A DNA stretch of 53,963 nucleotides from Octopus bimaculoides (taxonomy: Eukaryota): positions 135,491,174-135,545,136 of the forward strand of contig NC_068981.1 of NCBI RefSeq assembly GCF_001194135.2, read 5' to 3'. Below are positions 36,288 through 49,340 of the stretch, piece by piece (the stretch's first letter is position 1; each line of letters begins with the position of its first letter). The position numbers and the translations under genes are program-made. The notes beneath the pieces were generated by a model. That model was not told the DNA's origin. It made no database searches and was given only the letters and a program-made list of their open reading frames with translations.

Positions 36288-37039
36288 GTCTATCTGTATG
36301 TGTGTATGTGTAGTGTATACAGTACTCTAAGAAAGTGCTAAGCATCGAAAAATATCTGATAGTATTGACAAGCAACTTTAATTTAAGCAAAAGGAAGATT
36401 CAGACCAAGGTACTCTTGAAGAAACCATATACTTGTATTCAGAAATATCTTAGAATACAACAATGACTGACAAGATTACCTAACTTTGAAATTCTCCAAT
36501 AACCAAAAAGTTTTAATGATATTGAGAAAGAAACATTCTGAAAAATCTGAAAATTTTATACGAGCGTTAGTTTTGAGAAAATTCTCAGTCATTTTTTATC
36601 CGTGACAAAACTATTTTTCTGTTACTGTCAATATAGCCCTATCCTGTCATTTCCAAATAGCAACAGAACTGTTAGAGAGTTGCATAATAATGCCTATAGA
36701 ATTTGGCATTGCAACAAGTTTTGGTAAGAACAATATAGATGCACTGGCGAAATGGTAATACTTTTGGAAGGATTCCAAGAGGGACTGCCAGTAATAATAA
36801 CACGTTTGCTATAGTTAAACTTATATATATCTATAAACTCAAACATACATAAAGCCAATGAAATAGCCATTTTTGTAATCGCTCGATTTTCTAGAAACAG
36901 AAGCCAAAAATCTCCCGGTCATATTCTAACGTTTTAAAAATGGAAGGACACGCTAGACAGTGTTGTCCTTAATATGCAAATAGAAGGAATGATTGCAACT
37001 GGATTCTGTTCGACCTAGGATTAAACAACATACATACAT

Positions 37040-37271
37040 ACTGGTACTCCATCGGTTACGACATCGAGGGTTCCAGAAAATCCTGCTCGTGAAATTAACG
37101 TGCAAGTGACTGAGCACTCCACAGACACGCGTACCCTTAACGTAGTTCTTACGGAGATCCGGCATGACACAGAATGTGACATGACTGGCCATTTGAATTA
37201 CAGGTACAACTCATTTGAGTGGACTGAAGTGGACTGGAGCAACGTGAAATAAAGTGTCTTGCTCAAGGACA
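37040..37271 (-). mobile_element. SINE family C (CORE and tail), 5'-truncated
   Basis: AAAGTGTCTTGCTCAAGGACA plus the shared C/D tail. Confidence 0.85.
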
Positions 37272-37624
37272 TACATATAAACATGCATACGTTCGTACAT
37301 ACATACATACATACATACATACATACATACATACATAAAACTGAAAAATCTGTAAAACTTTCCAGAAGTTTATCATTTAAGTATAAATGAACATGTCTAG
37401 ATATGCAAGTATATGCATGAGAATACACGCATAAAGCAAAACACAAATCTGCGCACATACATACATACATACATACATACATACATACAAACAAAATACC
37501 CTGTTGTTGATGTTGAAATTCCAATGAAGGAGCCTTGGATTTTGATTAGAAACCAGCTCTTTCTCTAATGGCAACAAATCTTGAAATAAAATTGAACAAT
37601 GATATACACACATACATACATACA

Positions 37625-37925
37625 TGATGGCCGTCCACTCGTGACCGAAGAAGACCATTGCCGACCTTCTGGAACATTGTGCGCTCTAGGACTAACTTAT
37701 ATTTTGCATTTGTGGCTCCGTTGGTGGCTAACGAGCCCTGGTCTTGACAAGCATACACGACTGCAAACATTGCAGACCAAGATTTCCCTATTCACTATAC
37801 GAGCCGTGCGCTTTCGCGCAGCTCGCTTTAGTTCTTCGTGCTGGATACGTGCTCTCTCAAAAGTCCTTAACCTGCTTCCTCCATCTGTGGCGATGACAGA
37901 CATTGTTCTTCCAGTCAGTGTCCTG
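37625..37925 (-). mobile_element. RTE LINE 3' end with C2H2 finger and (ATGT)n tail
   Basis: RTFERARIQHEELKRAARK...CNVCSRVCLSRPGLVSHQRSH, then a short 3' UTR and the tail. Confidence 0.85.
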
Positions 37926-38329
37926 CATACATACATACATACATACATACATACATACATACATACATACATACATACGTACTACATGGATGAATAATTC
38001 AGTAGTCTTAGGAATTTATGAAGGTCAGGGCTCTGTTTTTGCTGTACCAGCGCTTATACTGAAATTTGGAATACTAGGTAGGACACTTAAAAAAAAAAAA
38101 AAAAATCCAAACTTGAATATCAAGACTTGTAACTTCCGCATCAACAATCAACTTGACAAAATATACGTTACACGGAAGGATGGAAACTTATAGTGAATCT
38201 AAACAATCTTTGTGTGCTGTATCGTATCATTCAGATGACACCACCCTAAACACACTCACACATCCCCGTCCATCGATCGATCCATCCATCCATCCATCCA
38301 TCCATCCATCCATCCGTACATACATAAAG

Positions 38330-38740
38330 TGGTTAGCGTTAGGAATGGCATCCAGTCGTAAAAAGCATGCCGAAGCAGGCATCGCGGTGCTGGTGCCACG
38401 TGAAAAGCACCCAGACCACTCCGTGAAGTGGTTGGCATTAGGAAAGGCATCTAGATGTAGAAACTATGCCAAAGTAGACAGTGGAACTTGGTGCAGTACT
38501 CTGGCTAACCAGCTCCTGTCAAACCAGCTCCTGTCAAACCAGCTCCTGTCAAACCAGCTCCTGTCAAACCAGCTAACCATTGCCAGAATGGACGACGGAC
38601 GTTAAATGACGACGACGACGACGACGACGATGACGACGACGACGACGACGACGACGACGATGATGATGGTGACGATGATGATGATGACGATGATGATAAT
38701 GACCATGATAATGATGATGGTGATGATGATGATGATGATT
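38330..38740 (+). mobile_element. Probable LINE 3' end with an internal 15-bp tandem repeat and (GAC/GAT)n tail
   Basis: Two GTTAGGAA.GGCATC units; (AACCAGCTCCTGTCA)x4 at 38507-38566; GGACGTTAAATGACGAC. Confidence 0.7.
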
Positions 38741-38829
38741 ATGATACACATACACATCGTAAATAAACAATTCTGCGGACTTAGGAAGGTATGGAAGTAA
38801 GACCTCTCTGTTTTTGTTGTATGTAAAGG

Positions 38830-39270
38830 AAGAAATGGATACATCTTTATGCACTCAACTGCGAAAATGATAACATCGCCGGAGTAGATGAAGAACGCTT
38901 GAACATGTACTCTGAGTGTACAGCTAAAGGTTAGCAAGGCGAAGCTACTTGAACGGGAACTTCGGTGGGAACCATCCATAATACCAACAGGAGTCTATGA
39001 ATGCCAATCGCCAAAACTAGAGAATACCAACAATATTGACAGGAAGAGGAATTTCTCCTGGACCTGTGATGGATGATTTACGTCACACAAGGACACGATT
39101 TCCCTATTCAGGAAATGCTACTGAATACCTGTCCAAAGAGATAAAGATGCCTCCAATGCTTCAAAATGTGATAGAAAATATCGATTATATCATACCGGTG
39201 TGAAAAATATCAAACACTCAAATCATTATCAGTTATCCCCAAAATATTCGCAAAGTGCTATCTCCCCTAG
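38830..39270 (+). mobile_element. Possible highly decayed LINE ORF2 fragment
   Basis: RCEKYQTLKSLSVIPKIFAK resembles the RT motif NYRxISLLSVxxKIF. Confidence 0.35.
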
Positions 39271-39293
39271 AGATATAACATTCAGGCCGTAAC

Positions 39294-39514
39294 TACGAGG
39301 GAGTGCTGAAATGTTCCTGCTTTTGGGTTATAGAAAATACAGGAGGATCAGTTAATTATGGTTTTATTCAATACATTTCCCTCTCAGATCCACACACTTA
39401 TTGCAGCGGTCCTTCAGTTTTTCCAAGCCGTGTAAAAGAACTCGGAACGTTAAGCCTCTAACCAGGCCTTTAGCAACAGCCTTAAAGCCAGAAAAGTTTC
39501 AGCACAGCCTCGTA
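39294..39514 (+). mobile_element. Mariner-type MITE, copy 3
   Basis: TA-CGAGGGAGTGCTGAAA...TTTCAGCACAGCCTCG-TA. Confidence 0.87.
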
Positions 39515-39744
39515 TATCGGAAGGAGTATCTTGACGGTCATGCCAAAGATACACTAGAATGTATATACATTCTAAAAATAGGTAACACGAGTGGAATAGT
39601 TTAATAAAATGAGAAATCTAATGTAGACACCATAGGCTTGAAATTCATACATGTGGTGTATCCTGGTGGTCAGCTATCGTAGGGTAAGATTATCCCGTCT
39701 GTATCAGTTATTGGTGAGATTATCTTTTATCGTGTATCACTTAT

Positions 39745-39958
39745 CTTTTACCTGTTTCAGTCATTTAACTGCGGCCATGCTAGGGCACCGCCTTGAAGGG
39801 TTTTAGTCGAGCAAATCGACCCCAGGACTTATTTTTCTTTAAGCCTGATACTCATCATATCGGTTTCTCTGGCCGAATCACAAAGTTACAGGAACGTAGA
39901 CAGACCAACACTGGCATCAAGTGGCGGAGGGATACACACACACACACCCGTCGTTTAT

Positions 39959-39960
<2 letters not shown>
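39745..39960 (-). mobile_element. SINE family B tail running into a gap
   Basis: TGTTTCAGTCATT...GCGGCCATGCT...TTTAGTCGAGCAAATCGACCCCAGGACTTATT. Confidence 0.85.
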
Positions 39961-40003
<43 letters not shown>

Positions 40004-40974
40004 NNNNNNNNNNNNNNNNNNNNNNNNNNNNNNNNNNNNNNNNNNNNNNNNNNNNNNNNNNNNNNNNNNNNNNNNNNNNNNNNNNNNNNNNNNNNNNNNN
40101 NNNNNNNNNNNNNNNNNNNNNNNNNNNNNNNNNNNNNNNNNNNNNNNNNNNNNNNNNNNNNNNNNNNNNNNNNNNNNNNNNNNNNNNNNNNNNNNNNNNN
40201 NNNNNNNNNNNNNNNNNNNNNNNNNNNNNNNNNNNNNNNNNNNNNNNNNNNNNNNNNNNNNNNNNNNNNNNNNNNNNNNNNNNNNNNNNNNNNNNNNNNN
40301 NNNNNNNNNNNNNNNNNNNNNNNNNNNNNNNNNNNNNNNNNNNNNNNNNNNNNNNNNNNNNNNNNNNNNNNNNNNNNNNNNNNNNNNNNNNNNNNNNNNN
40401 NNNNNNNNNNNNNNNNNNNNNNNNNNNNNNNNNNNNNNNNNNNNNNNNNNNNNNNNNNNNNNNNNNNNNNNNNNNNNNNNNNNNNNNNNNNNNNNNNNNN
40501 NNNNNNNNNNNNNNNNNNNNNNNNNNNNNNNNNNNNNNNNNNNNNNNNNNNNNNNNNNNNNNNNNNNNNNNNNNNNNNNNNNNNNNNNNNNNNNNNNNNN
40601 NNNNNNNNNNNNNNNNNNNNNNNNNNNNNNNNNNNNNNNNNNNNNNNNNNNNNNNNNNNNNNNNNNNNNNNNNNNNNNNNNNNNNNNNNNNNNNNNNNNN
40701 NNNNNNNNNNNNNNNNNNNNNNNNNNNNNNNNNNAGATATATATATATATGGAAAAAAAGTCAAGGTAGAAAATGCTAAAATACTTTTATAAAGAACATT
40801 TCAGTACCGGTTTCGATCCTTGAGATCTTTTCAACTGTAAATATGGATAACAAATTTTGGAAAAATTAAATTTTGGCAAATTTAAATGAAAAGTCTTTTA
40901 AAAAACATATTTGTATAGTATTCAAATACTGGGGGCATTTTCCTTCTTTCTGTCTGTCTCTGTTTCTCTTGTTA

Positions 40975-41155
40975 ACTCTTGTGGGTTCGAGGTCGTTGAC
41001 GGGTTTCTTTCAGTTTCCGTCTACCTTATCCACTCACAAAACTTTGGTCGGCCTGAGGCTATAGCAGAAGACACTTGTCGAAGCTGTCACGCAGTGGAAC
41101 TGAACCGGGAACCATGTGGTAGATAAGCAAGCTTCTTATCTAGCAGACACGCCCG
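40975..41155 (-). mobile_element. SINE family B head
   Basis: TTTCAGTTTCCGTCTACC...GAGGCTATAGCAGAAGACACTTG...GAACCATGTGG. Confidence 0.8.
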
Positions 41156-41344
41156 CACCATGAGATTGCGTAGCTAACTTTTTAACCAGGCGGCCATAAC
41201 TGAAATAATTCTGTTCGAAGACTTCAATTGTGTTTTCCCTGTTGGCTTTATTATATGTCAACAGTGCATCCTGGAGCATTATGGATTAAGAGTCAGCTTT
41301 GAAATGGAATGAACAAAGCAGAAATCTATAATGCCAGTGCAGAA

Positions 41345-41389
<45 letters not shown>

Positions 41390-42199
41390 CGGCAACAACA
41401 CCAGTTGTTATAAAACAACTACAATAGCAGTAACAACAACAAAATCTAGAATAATGACAGTTACAGCAACTGCAGTAGTAGCAACAGCAATAATAATACT
41501 AACGACGGCAACAACAGCAGGAATAATGACAGTAACAATCAGCATCAGCATTAGCATCAACAGAGCAACAGCAGCAGCTACAACAACAACTACAATAATA
41601 ACAACGACAGCAACAGTACCACGACGACGACGACGNNNNNNNNNNNNNNNNNNNNNNNNNNNNNNNNNNNNNNNNNNNNNNNNNNNNNNNNNNNNNNNNN
41701 NNNNNNNNNNNNNNNNNNNNNNNNNNNNNNNNNNNNNNNNNNNNNNNNNNNNNNNNNNNNNNNNNNNNNNNNNNNNNNNNNNNNNNNNNNNNNNNNNNNN
41801 NNNNNNNNNNNNNNNNNNNNNNNNNNNNNNNNNNNNNNNNNNNNNNNNNNNNNNNNNNNNNNNNNNNNNNNNNNNNNNNNNNNNNNNNNNNNNNNNNNNN
41901 NNNNNNNNNNNNNNNNNNNNNNNNNNNNNNNNNNNNNNNNNNNNNNNNNNNNNNNNNNNNNNNNNCCACGACGACGACCACCACCACCACCAAAAGCCAC
42001 CGCCACCACTAACTCTTGTTAATATTCACTTATTTCTGCAATAACAGTAGCAACAAAAACAACAACAACAGCAACAACAACGACAGCATCAACAACAACA
42101 GCAACAACAACAACAACAACAACAACAGCAACAACAACAACAACATGGATGACACCGACTCTTTATTAATACTTAGTTATTTCTGGCACTGCAGCATTG

Positions 42200-42430
42200 C
42201 ATCACCCTCTGACCTGGTTCCTCGGTTAAAACTGAACATAGTTTTTCCACCCAAATCCATTTCTTTCGATTTTCCATAGTTTTTACATCACCATTGCGGA
42301 TTGCTGTTCCATAGTTTCCACAAGCAAATAAACCGGACGATAAAACAGGCGCGGCTTTGACTATAGCGAATGCACTGAAGCAAATTGCAAATTTCACCAT
42401 TTTCATATAAATCGGGATGTTTCCAGTATC
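42200..42430 (-). mobile_element. Possible highly decayed LINE RT fragment
   Basis: DLYEN...VKAAPVLSSGLF weakly resembles LYEN...GVKQGCVLSPxLF. Confidence 0.25.
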
Positions 42431-42784
42431 CATTAATCATTCAACTGTAAAACCAGAATGGTACTTATCTGTCAACTAAACAGACCCAGTTGATCAGAAT
42501 AATGTGTTTTCCTTCCGGGAGAGAACACAATACCTTTTGCAAGGTTTGACTAATAGCTAACATGTAAGTAGCCGACTCCATTAACTTCAAGCCGTCGTAT
42601 GATTTATAGATAGGTTTGTTTGTTTATAATTGCAATGTTTTAATGCTATCGAAGTTTATTTAGCTGTATACTTTATGTAGAACAGTAGTTCTCAAACATA
42701 TTTTACCTATGGATCCCTTCGATTCCTGTTTCACTCGGATGGACCGTCATAGCCATTCGATGTTTTAAAAAAAAAAAATTATTA

Positions 42785-43183
42785 CCCAACCAAGCCACAT
42801 GGTTCCGGGTTTAGTCCCACTGTGTGGCACCTGGGCAAGTGTCTTCTACTATAGCCTCGAGCTGAGCACAGCCTTGTGAGTGGATTTGGTAGGCGGAAAC
42901 TGAAAGAAGCCCGTCGTATATATATGTATATGTTTGTGTGTCTGTGTTTGCCCCCTCCTACCATCGCTTGACAACCGATGCTGGTGTGTTTATGTCCCCG
43001 TAACCTAGCAGTTCAGCAAAACAGACCGATAGAATAAGTACAAGGCTTACAAAGAATAAGTCATNNNNNNNNNNATAGAATAAGTACAAGGCTTACAAAG
43101 AATAAGTCATGGGGTCGATTTGTTCGACTAAAGGCGGTGCTCCAGCATGGCCGCAGTCACATGACTGAAACAAATAAAAGAAT
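42785..43183 (+). mobile_element. SINE family B, 5'-clipped
   Basis: Colinear with 43559-43957. Confidence 0.9.
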
Positions 43184-43187
43184 ATTA

Positions 43188-44068
43188 CAGTAACCTCTCG
43201 TCATATCGCGGTTCACCTATCGCGTCCTCAGTACATCGCGGATTTTTCTGTATGTAAATTTATATCGTGGTCTCCTTAGTATATCGCGGGTTTCTGTGGC
43301 CGATAGGTATTTATATTTTTTTAGATTTTAATTATTTCCGTGATAAAATAAAGCATTTTCACGCCTCAGAATTGATAAATAAAAATACAGTACAGTACTT
43401 CGCTGTATAATACATTCACTAAAATATATTAAAAGAAAATACGTGGTGTACGGTAGATGAGTGAACAAAGAATCACACATACTGCATGGAAAACGAAACT
43501 CGGCAGGCGAGTGTGTGGTACTGTTTTGTATTTATAATAAAATAGATATATCCAAATTAGGCGCAGGAGTGGCTGTGTGGTAAGTAGTTTGCTTACCAGC
43601 CACATGGTCCCGGGTTCAGTCCCACTGCGCGGCACTTTGGGCAGGCGTCTTCTACTATAGCCTCGGGCCGAACAAAGCCTTGTGAGTGGACTTGTTAGAC
43701 GGAAACTGAAAGAAGCCCGTCGTATATATGTATATACAGAAATGTATGTGTGTCTATATATATTTGTGTGTCCCCCAAACATTGCTTGACAACCGATACT
43801 GGTGTGTTTATGTCCCCGTAACCTTGCGGTTCGGCAAAAAGAGACCGATAGTATAAGTACTAGGCTTAGAAAGAATAAGTCCTGGGGTTGATTTGCTCGA
43901 CTAAAGGCGGTGCTCCAGCATGGCCGCAGTCAAATGATTAATAGAATAAAAGAATAAATTATAAAGATAATAAAAAGTATATCAGTACAGTACTGATTCT
44001 ACTTCTCGGATTTTCACCTATCGCGGGGCACTTGGAACGTAACACCTGCAATAGTCGAGGGAATACTG
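43188..44068. mobile_element. pogo/Tigger-like MITE containing a SINE
   Basis: TA-CAGTAACCTCTCGTCATATCGCGG and CCTGCAATAGTCGAGGGAATACTG imperfect TIRs, with repeated CACCTATCGCG subterminal motifs. Confidence 0.7.
43559..43957 (+). mobile_element. SINE family B, full length (best reference copy)
   Basis: AGGCGCAGGAGTGGCTGTGTGGTAAG (A box)...GGTTCAGTCCC (B box)...TTTGGGCAGGCGTCTT, internal (TA/TG)n, tail GCATGGCCGCAGTCAAATGA. Confidence 0.92.
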
Positions 44069-44099
44069 AATATTTTTATAATTTCATATTAGGCAGTAT

Positions 44100-44287
44100 A
44101 AGGCGGCGAGGCTGGCAGAATCGTTGCCTGGCAAATTGCCTAGCAACATTCCGTCCGTCTCTACGTTCTGAGTTCAAATTCCGCCGAGGTCGACTTTGCC
44201 TTACATCCTTCTGGGGTTCGATGTAATCAACATTTCCCCTCCCCTGAAATTGCTGGCCTTGTGCCAAAGTTTGAAATCAATATTATT
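44100..44287 (+). mobile_element. SINE family A
   Basis: AAGGCGGCGAGGCTGGCAGAATCG...GAGTTCAAATTCCGCCGAGGTCGAC. Confidence 0.88.
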
Positions 44288-44699
44288 ATATAAAAAAAAG
44301 ACAACGTTAAAATATTTTGTGTTGTGTGTTATTGCAGATAAATTTATCAGCAAAATCTTATATGGACCCCACACCAAAGGGTCGTACAGACCCCGTTTGA
44401 GAACAACTGATGTAGATTAAAGTGAACCCAAGAAATTATTGCTGTTGTTGTTATTTAACCCCAGGTCAATTCTGGTCGAGCAGACCAATGATTAAAGGCA
44501 TTCCAGATGTGGATGTTTTTCGGTCTGACACGCCAGATCCAAGTAATCTTTTACTCTGACTTGTTTCAGTTTGGCACTTATCCTATTGATATTAACACTT
44601 GTTGTCAAGCACCTATTGTCATTAACACCTGTTGTCATAAACACATACACAAACATACATGCATACACACATACGTGCATGCATACATTTATACATACA

Positions 44700-44736
<37 letters not shown>

Positions 44737-44743
44737 CCATCCA

Positions 44744-44788
<45 letters not shown>

Positions 44789-44810
44789 GTCTATCTATCT
44801 ATCTATCTAA

Positions 44811-44875
<65 letters not shown>
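44700..44875. repeat. (TATC)n microsatellite
   Basis: Seen directly. Confidence 0.95.
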
Positions 44876-44877
<2 letters not shown>

Positions 44878-45589
44878 GTAGATAGGTTATAGTCCAAGCT
44901 GTGTCCCTATGAAGCACATTCGCATATTCCAGTTCTCCAAGATATATTTGTAGATGTTATATTTTATGTGAGACTTGAAAATACTGAGAAAGACTGTAAC
45001 ATTTTTATTGTCTGAAAAGCTACTAATAGGAAATGTCTTACATGTTTTTCCGCGTGGATATCTTTGTAACTCCAATTAGCTAATGAAACATATGTAATGG
45101 GGAATAAATAAAACCAAATTTTTCTAGTCTTCTGTTTTGATTTTATATATGATCACCTTCCGCAGAGTTTCCGTCTATCAAATTCACTCAGAAGGTTGAC
45201 CTGAGGTTATGATTGAAGGTACTTGCCCAGAGTGCCACGCAGTGGGATTGAACCCGAACCACGTGGTTTCAAAGCGAGCTTCCTAGCTACGCAATTATGC
45301 CTGGACCTATAACCTATGCCTGTTTTGAACAATTTTGTACAGCAGTGGTTTACGAAAATCATAACCAATTTTGGGAGAGATTAAAAATAAAGAAGTTACG
45401 AATTTAAAGATCGAAATTTTAGGGGATTTCAGCCAATCGGAAACGGTCATTTTCGACTTGCCGGAAGACGGAATTGCCACCTTCACCCACAACTTGCTTT
45501 TGCTTTTAGAGATACATTTCCCTCGCATTTTTTGTTTTTATTTTGTTATTATTTGTTATTTAGCACGAAATCAATAATTGCTTCTAATT

Positions 45590-45790
45590 TATGCACTAAG
45601 TTTTGTGAGGAAGGGCTTAGCCGATATCATTGACACCAGTACTTTGCTGGTATTTTATTTTAGGGATCCTGGATGAATGAAAGTGTAAAGTGAACTTCGG
45701 CTGGAATTGAACTCAGAACGTAAAGTGACAGGACAAATGCTGCAAAGCATTTTTACCGATGCTCTAACCTTTCTGCCAACTTACCGTTCC
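45590..45790 (-). mobile_element. SINE family A, diverged
   Basis: GGATGAATGAAAG...GGAATTGAACTCAGAACGTAAAG...TTCTGCCAAC. Confidence 0.75.
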
Positions 45791-46456
45791 GAACGGTAAA
45801 CAACCTTGGTTGTGGTTTTCGTGATTGACAAGAAAAACTATATCTCTGTAGAAATTTGAAAAAAAAAAAAAAAGAATAATCGAATCTGTTGTTCTTTCTT
45901 TAGTTTGAGACGGTAGCGTGTGATTTGAAGTAGGATTTGGCTGCTATTTCTAACAGACTGAACGACCAGGTAGATGCTCCTATGAAGAAGTAAGTGTCCA
46001 GGCATTTATTAAAATAACATTTCGTCATTTCAGTGACTGATTTCCCATGGGTTGTATCATACATTGATCATTGTAGCAAGGTTATAGCTTTAGCTCTTTA
46101 ATAAAATATATTTGCACATTTTTAACTTACAATAGTATATTTGCTGAAATTCCCATGTCCAAGAATGGAGTTTAGGTTGCTGGATTAACAGAAAAAAAAA
46201 ATAATAATAATAAAATCGGCATCATATATTTTGTCATCTAAATATAACTTTCTCATGAACTAGTTTTGTACATTCACTGCGCGATTAACCCTGAAATTAA
46301 TTTAGAAATACTATTCCCATGAAAGACCAACAAATGTAGTGTTGTGTATTCGTTGTATGATTATTTCATCACTGCTTTGGCTAGAACGAAGATTGCAATT
46401 CTTATAAGACAAAAATTATCCGCAGCTGTTCCCCGTCTTTTCCGAAAAACAAAAAT

Positions 46457-46675
46457 AAGGCGATTTGGCAGAATCGTTAGCACGCCGGACGAACTGTTTA
46501 GCGGCATTTCGTCTATCTTTACGTTGTGAGTTCAAATGCCACCAAGATCGACTGAGCCTTTCATCCTTTTGAGGTCGATAAAATAAGTACCAGTTGAGTA
46601 CTGGGGTCGATGTAATCGACTTAATCTCTCCCCAGAAACTGCTGGCTTTGTGCCAAAATTTGAAAGCAATTTTAA
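46457..46675 (+). mobile_element. SINE family A
   Basis: TGGCAGAATCGTTAGCACGCCGG...GAGTTCAAATGCC...GCCTTTCATCCTTTTGAGGTCGATAAAATAAGTACCAG. Confidence 0.9.
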
Positions 46676-46769
46676 CCATTGACACATGTATTTTCCTCAT
46701 CGCATATTCGTTTCTAATTTGCTTGTCAATGCTTCATGTATTATCATCATCTCAGTCCGTCGGAGCGTC

Positions 46770-47030
46770 ATTTTCCCTCTAGTCATCCTTAAGGATAACT
46801 GATGACTTAAAGTGAAGAAGAGTTGCGCATCGTCAACCTCAGTTTCACGTCTGTAACCATCTTCAGTCCAGTGGCAAGACAAGGTCAAGATGGTCGAAAA
46901 TGGAGACGAGTGTAGTGGATGACCAATATGTCTTACCTCAATTTGCTTTTTGTACATCACAATGCGTTGCTGCAGCCTCATTCTCCTCCGTTGAATCATA
47001 AAGAATTCTCCCGCAAAATACGCCGCATCC
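46770..47030 (-). mobile_element. Possible decayed RTE ORF2 C-terminal fragment
   Basis: MRRIL, then HIGHPLH...WTEDGYRR, parallels RTE CLRRIL...WIGHTLR...WxPxGxRRRGRP. Confidence 0.4.
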
Positions 47031-47149
47031 GGTCTTCACATGTATAGGTAGGCAAGCCCTAAAATGCTAACTGACCCATAGCTGGGACCCTGGCAGGTGC
47101 TACTACTCCGGGTCAGAGTACACCTGAGAGTAATAAAAAAAATATCGGA

Positions 47150-47385
47150 ACAGTTACCTTCTCGAATCATAAGGCCTCATAAGGGCAGTTTCCGGTTTCA
47201 CGGCGTATATATTCCCCACCTGGACGAGACGCCGGCCCGTGGCAGGATTACTCATTTATGCCAGGTGGCTGGACTGGAGCAATGTGAAATGAAGAAAACA
47301 CAACGCATCGCCCGGTCCCTCAATCGAAACCACAATCTTACGATCATGAGTCCAACACCTGAACCACTAAGCCACGCGCCTCCAC
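47150..47385 (-). mobile_element. SINE with a family-C head and a different tail
   Basis: The reverse complement starts GTGGAGGCGCGTGGCTTAGTGG and continues TTTCACATTGCTCCAGTCCA, then CCGGCGTCTCGTCCAGG...GAAACCGGAAACTG instead of the C/D tail. Confidence 0.8.
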
Positions 47386-47597
47386 CTGGGAGCAATAGTA
47401 ACTAAGAGATGGTTCCACACTCCTCAAAACTCTGAAACACCCAAATGAATGTCCCATTACCGGATGCAATTTAAAATCTTACCCGGGATAAGCTTCATGT
47501 ATTAAATATGCTGGCACTAACTTATATAAATCGCTCACTCCTCTTTGCATGAAGTCGCCGTCGTAGCTAGCGATCCCTCGAGGCCGAGGATGATAAT

Positions 47598-47994
47598 CTT
47601 TACTCTTTTACTTGTTTCAGTCATTTGACTGCGGCCATGCTGGAGCACCGCCTTTAGTCGAGCAAATCAGCCCCATGACTTATTCTTTGTAAGCCTAGTA
47701 CTTATTCTATCGGTCATTTTTTGCCGAACCGCTAGGTTACAGGGACGTAAACACACCAGCATCGGTTGTCAAGCGATGGTGGGGGGACAAACACAGACAC
47801 ACAAACACACATACATATATATACATAGATACGACGGGCTTCTTTCAGTTTCCGTCTACCAAATCCACTTACAAAGCTTTGGTCGGCCCGAGGCTATAGT
47901 AGAAGACACTTGCCCAAAGTGCCACGCATTGGGACTGAACCCGGAACCATGTGGTTGGCAAGCAAGCTACTTGCCACACAGCCACTCCTGCACC
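47598..47994 (-). mobile_element. SINE family B, full length
   Basis: Reverse complement of 43559-43957. Confidence 0.92.
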
Positions 47995-48024
47995 TTTTGT
48001 TTACTTTTATTTTATTATTATTAT

Positions 48025-48352
48025 TGATGTGACAGATGCGTCCAATTCTTGCTCGGAAGCTCCTTCCACAAGTGTGACATGTGGTTCCGGATGGACGGTT
48101 CCTTCTCGGTCTATCTTTTCTGTGCTCCTCTTTTTTTCCTTACTCAGCAGTCATATTGATCTCAAAAGTTATTAGTCCCTCTTTGATGATGGATCTCCAG
48201 CGTTCTCGATCCTGAGAATCTCCCTTCTAGTTCTCAGTGTCACTATCACATTTCTTGAAGCTGGCTTTCAGGACATCTTTGAATCTTTTCGTTTGCCCTC
48301 CCCTTCTTCGTTTTCTTTCTTTTAGCTGGGCCTAGAGAAGCTGCTTAGGTAG
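48025..48352 (-). mobile_element. RTE LINE ORF2 C-terminal relic
   Basis: LPKQLL*AQLKERKRRRGGQTKRFKDVLKASFKKC...DRERWRSIIKEG and TCHTCGRSFRARIG. Confidence 0.88.
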
Positions 48353-48549
48353 GAAGGAGCTACTACAAGAGATATTAGCTCTGTAACCAACGATAATACT
48401 ACAGTGTTTCGGAAGCCTCGTTACATTGAATTCCTTATGACGTAATTAAGATGTAACCCTGTCATCTGAAGTGAAGCTCATGGTTTCGAAGAACAGGGGG
48501 ATTTAATAACATAATTTTCTCCACCTGCACCTCAATACTTTTTTTTATG

Positions 48550-48703
48550 TTGGTACGTATTCTATAAATCTTTTTTTATGTCGAACCGCTTAATTACAGA
48601 GACTTGGACATACCAACACCGATTGTCAATCTGTGAAAGACAAAAAAAAACCGAAGGCAAAGATGCTCTCACGCACGTACACTCGCACACTCATTCTATC
48701 TAT

Positions 48704-48734
<31 letters not shown>

Positions 48735-48894
48735 ACACGGGCTTCCGCACAGTTTCCATCTACCAAATATCTTGCAAGGCATTGGTCAGCTTGAAGTTAT
48801 TGTAGAAGACGCTTGCTCGAAGAGTTGCACTGTGAGAATGAACTCGAAACAACATGGTTACAAAGCGAGTTTCTTAACCACTTAGCTATGCCTT
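48550..48894 (-). mobile_element. SINE family B, diverged
   Basis: CAGTTTCCATCTACCAAAT...TAGAAGACGCTTG...AACATGGTT. Confidence 0.7.
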
Positions 48895-49295
48895 TACATT
48901 TTACTGTATTTAATTTCCCTTCTTGTATTTGAAATTCCACATAAAATAAAAATAAAAAAATATTTTTTACTACATTTCGAAGCAATTCTCACCTTTCTCA
49001 ATTTTAATATTTCTTTTATTTTGAATTTTATTCTCTTGCTTATAAAATCCTTCCTTTTTAATACATAAAAGAAATCTAAGCTGGACAGCTGAGGGAACAA
49101 AATAACCAACAGATTAGTTATGGAGTTTAATGAAAGGTGACGTATCAAATTGTCAAACGTTTATTACAGAAAATACATTAGCTTCAATATAGAACGTTTA
49201 CTGTTAACATAATCATTCTTAAATAGAACTCCGTGTTGTTGTTATTATTATTGTCATAGTTGTTGTTGTGGTTATTAATATTGTTGTTTTTGTTG

Positions 49296-49340
<45 letters not shown>

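Larger units (their letters stand above)
42683..44409. mobile_element. hAT-type MITE expanded by nested insertions
   Basis: TIRs CAGTAGTTCTCAAAC and GTTTGAGAACAACTG (14/15 match). Flanks ATGTAGAA (42675-42682) and ATGTAGAT (44410-44417) form an 8-bp TSD with 1 mismatch. Confidence 0.85.

Noticed and set aside
42173-42433. 86-aa ORF with a signal-peptide-like start (MVKFAICFSAFAIVKA)
   Set aside because: No recognisable family, and it is explained equally well as a decayed RT fragment.
45307-45577. Overlapping 68-73 aa ORFs
   Set aside because: The sequence resembles MITE-internal motifs (GATTGGCTGAAAT) and shows no protein signature.
46937-47033. Minus-strand exon candidate that would join 51461-51571 in frame to give a KH-like RKITISGKPDAA
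   Set aside because: The acceptor is weak, there is no GxxG loop, and the same region shows RTE-like motifs (RRIL, IGHPL, WTEDGYRR).
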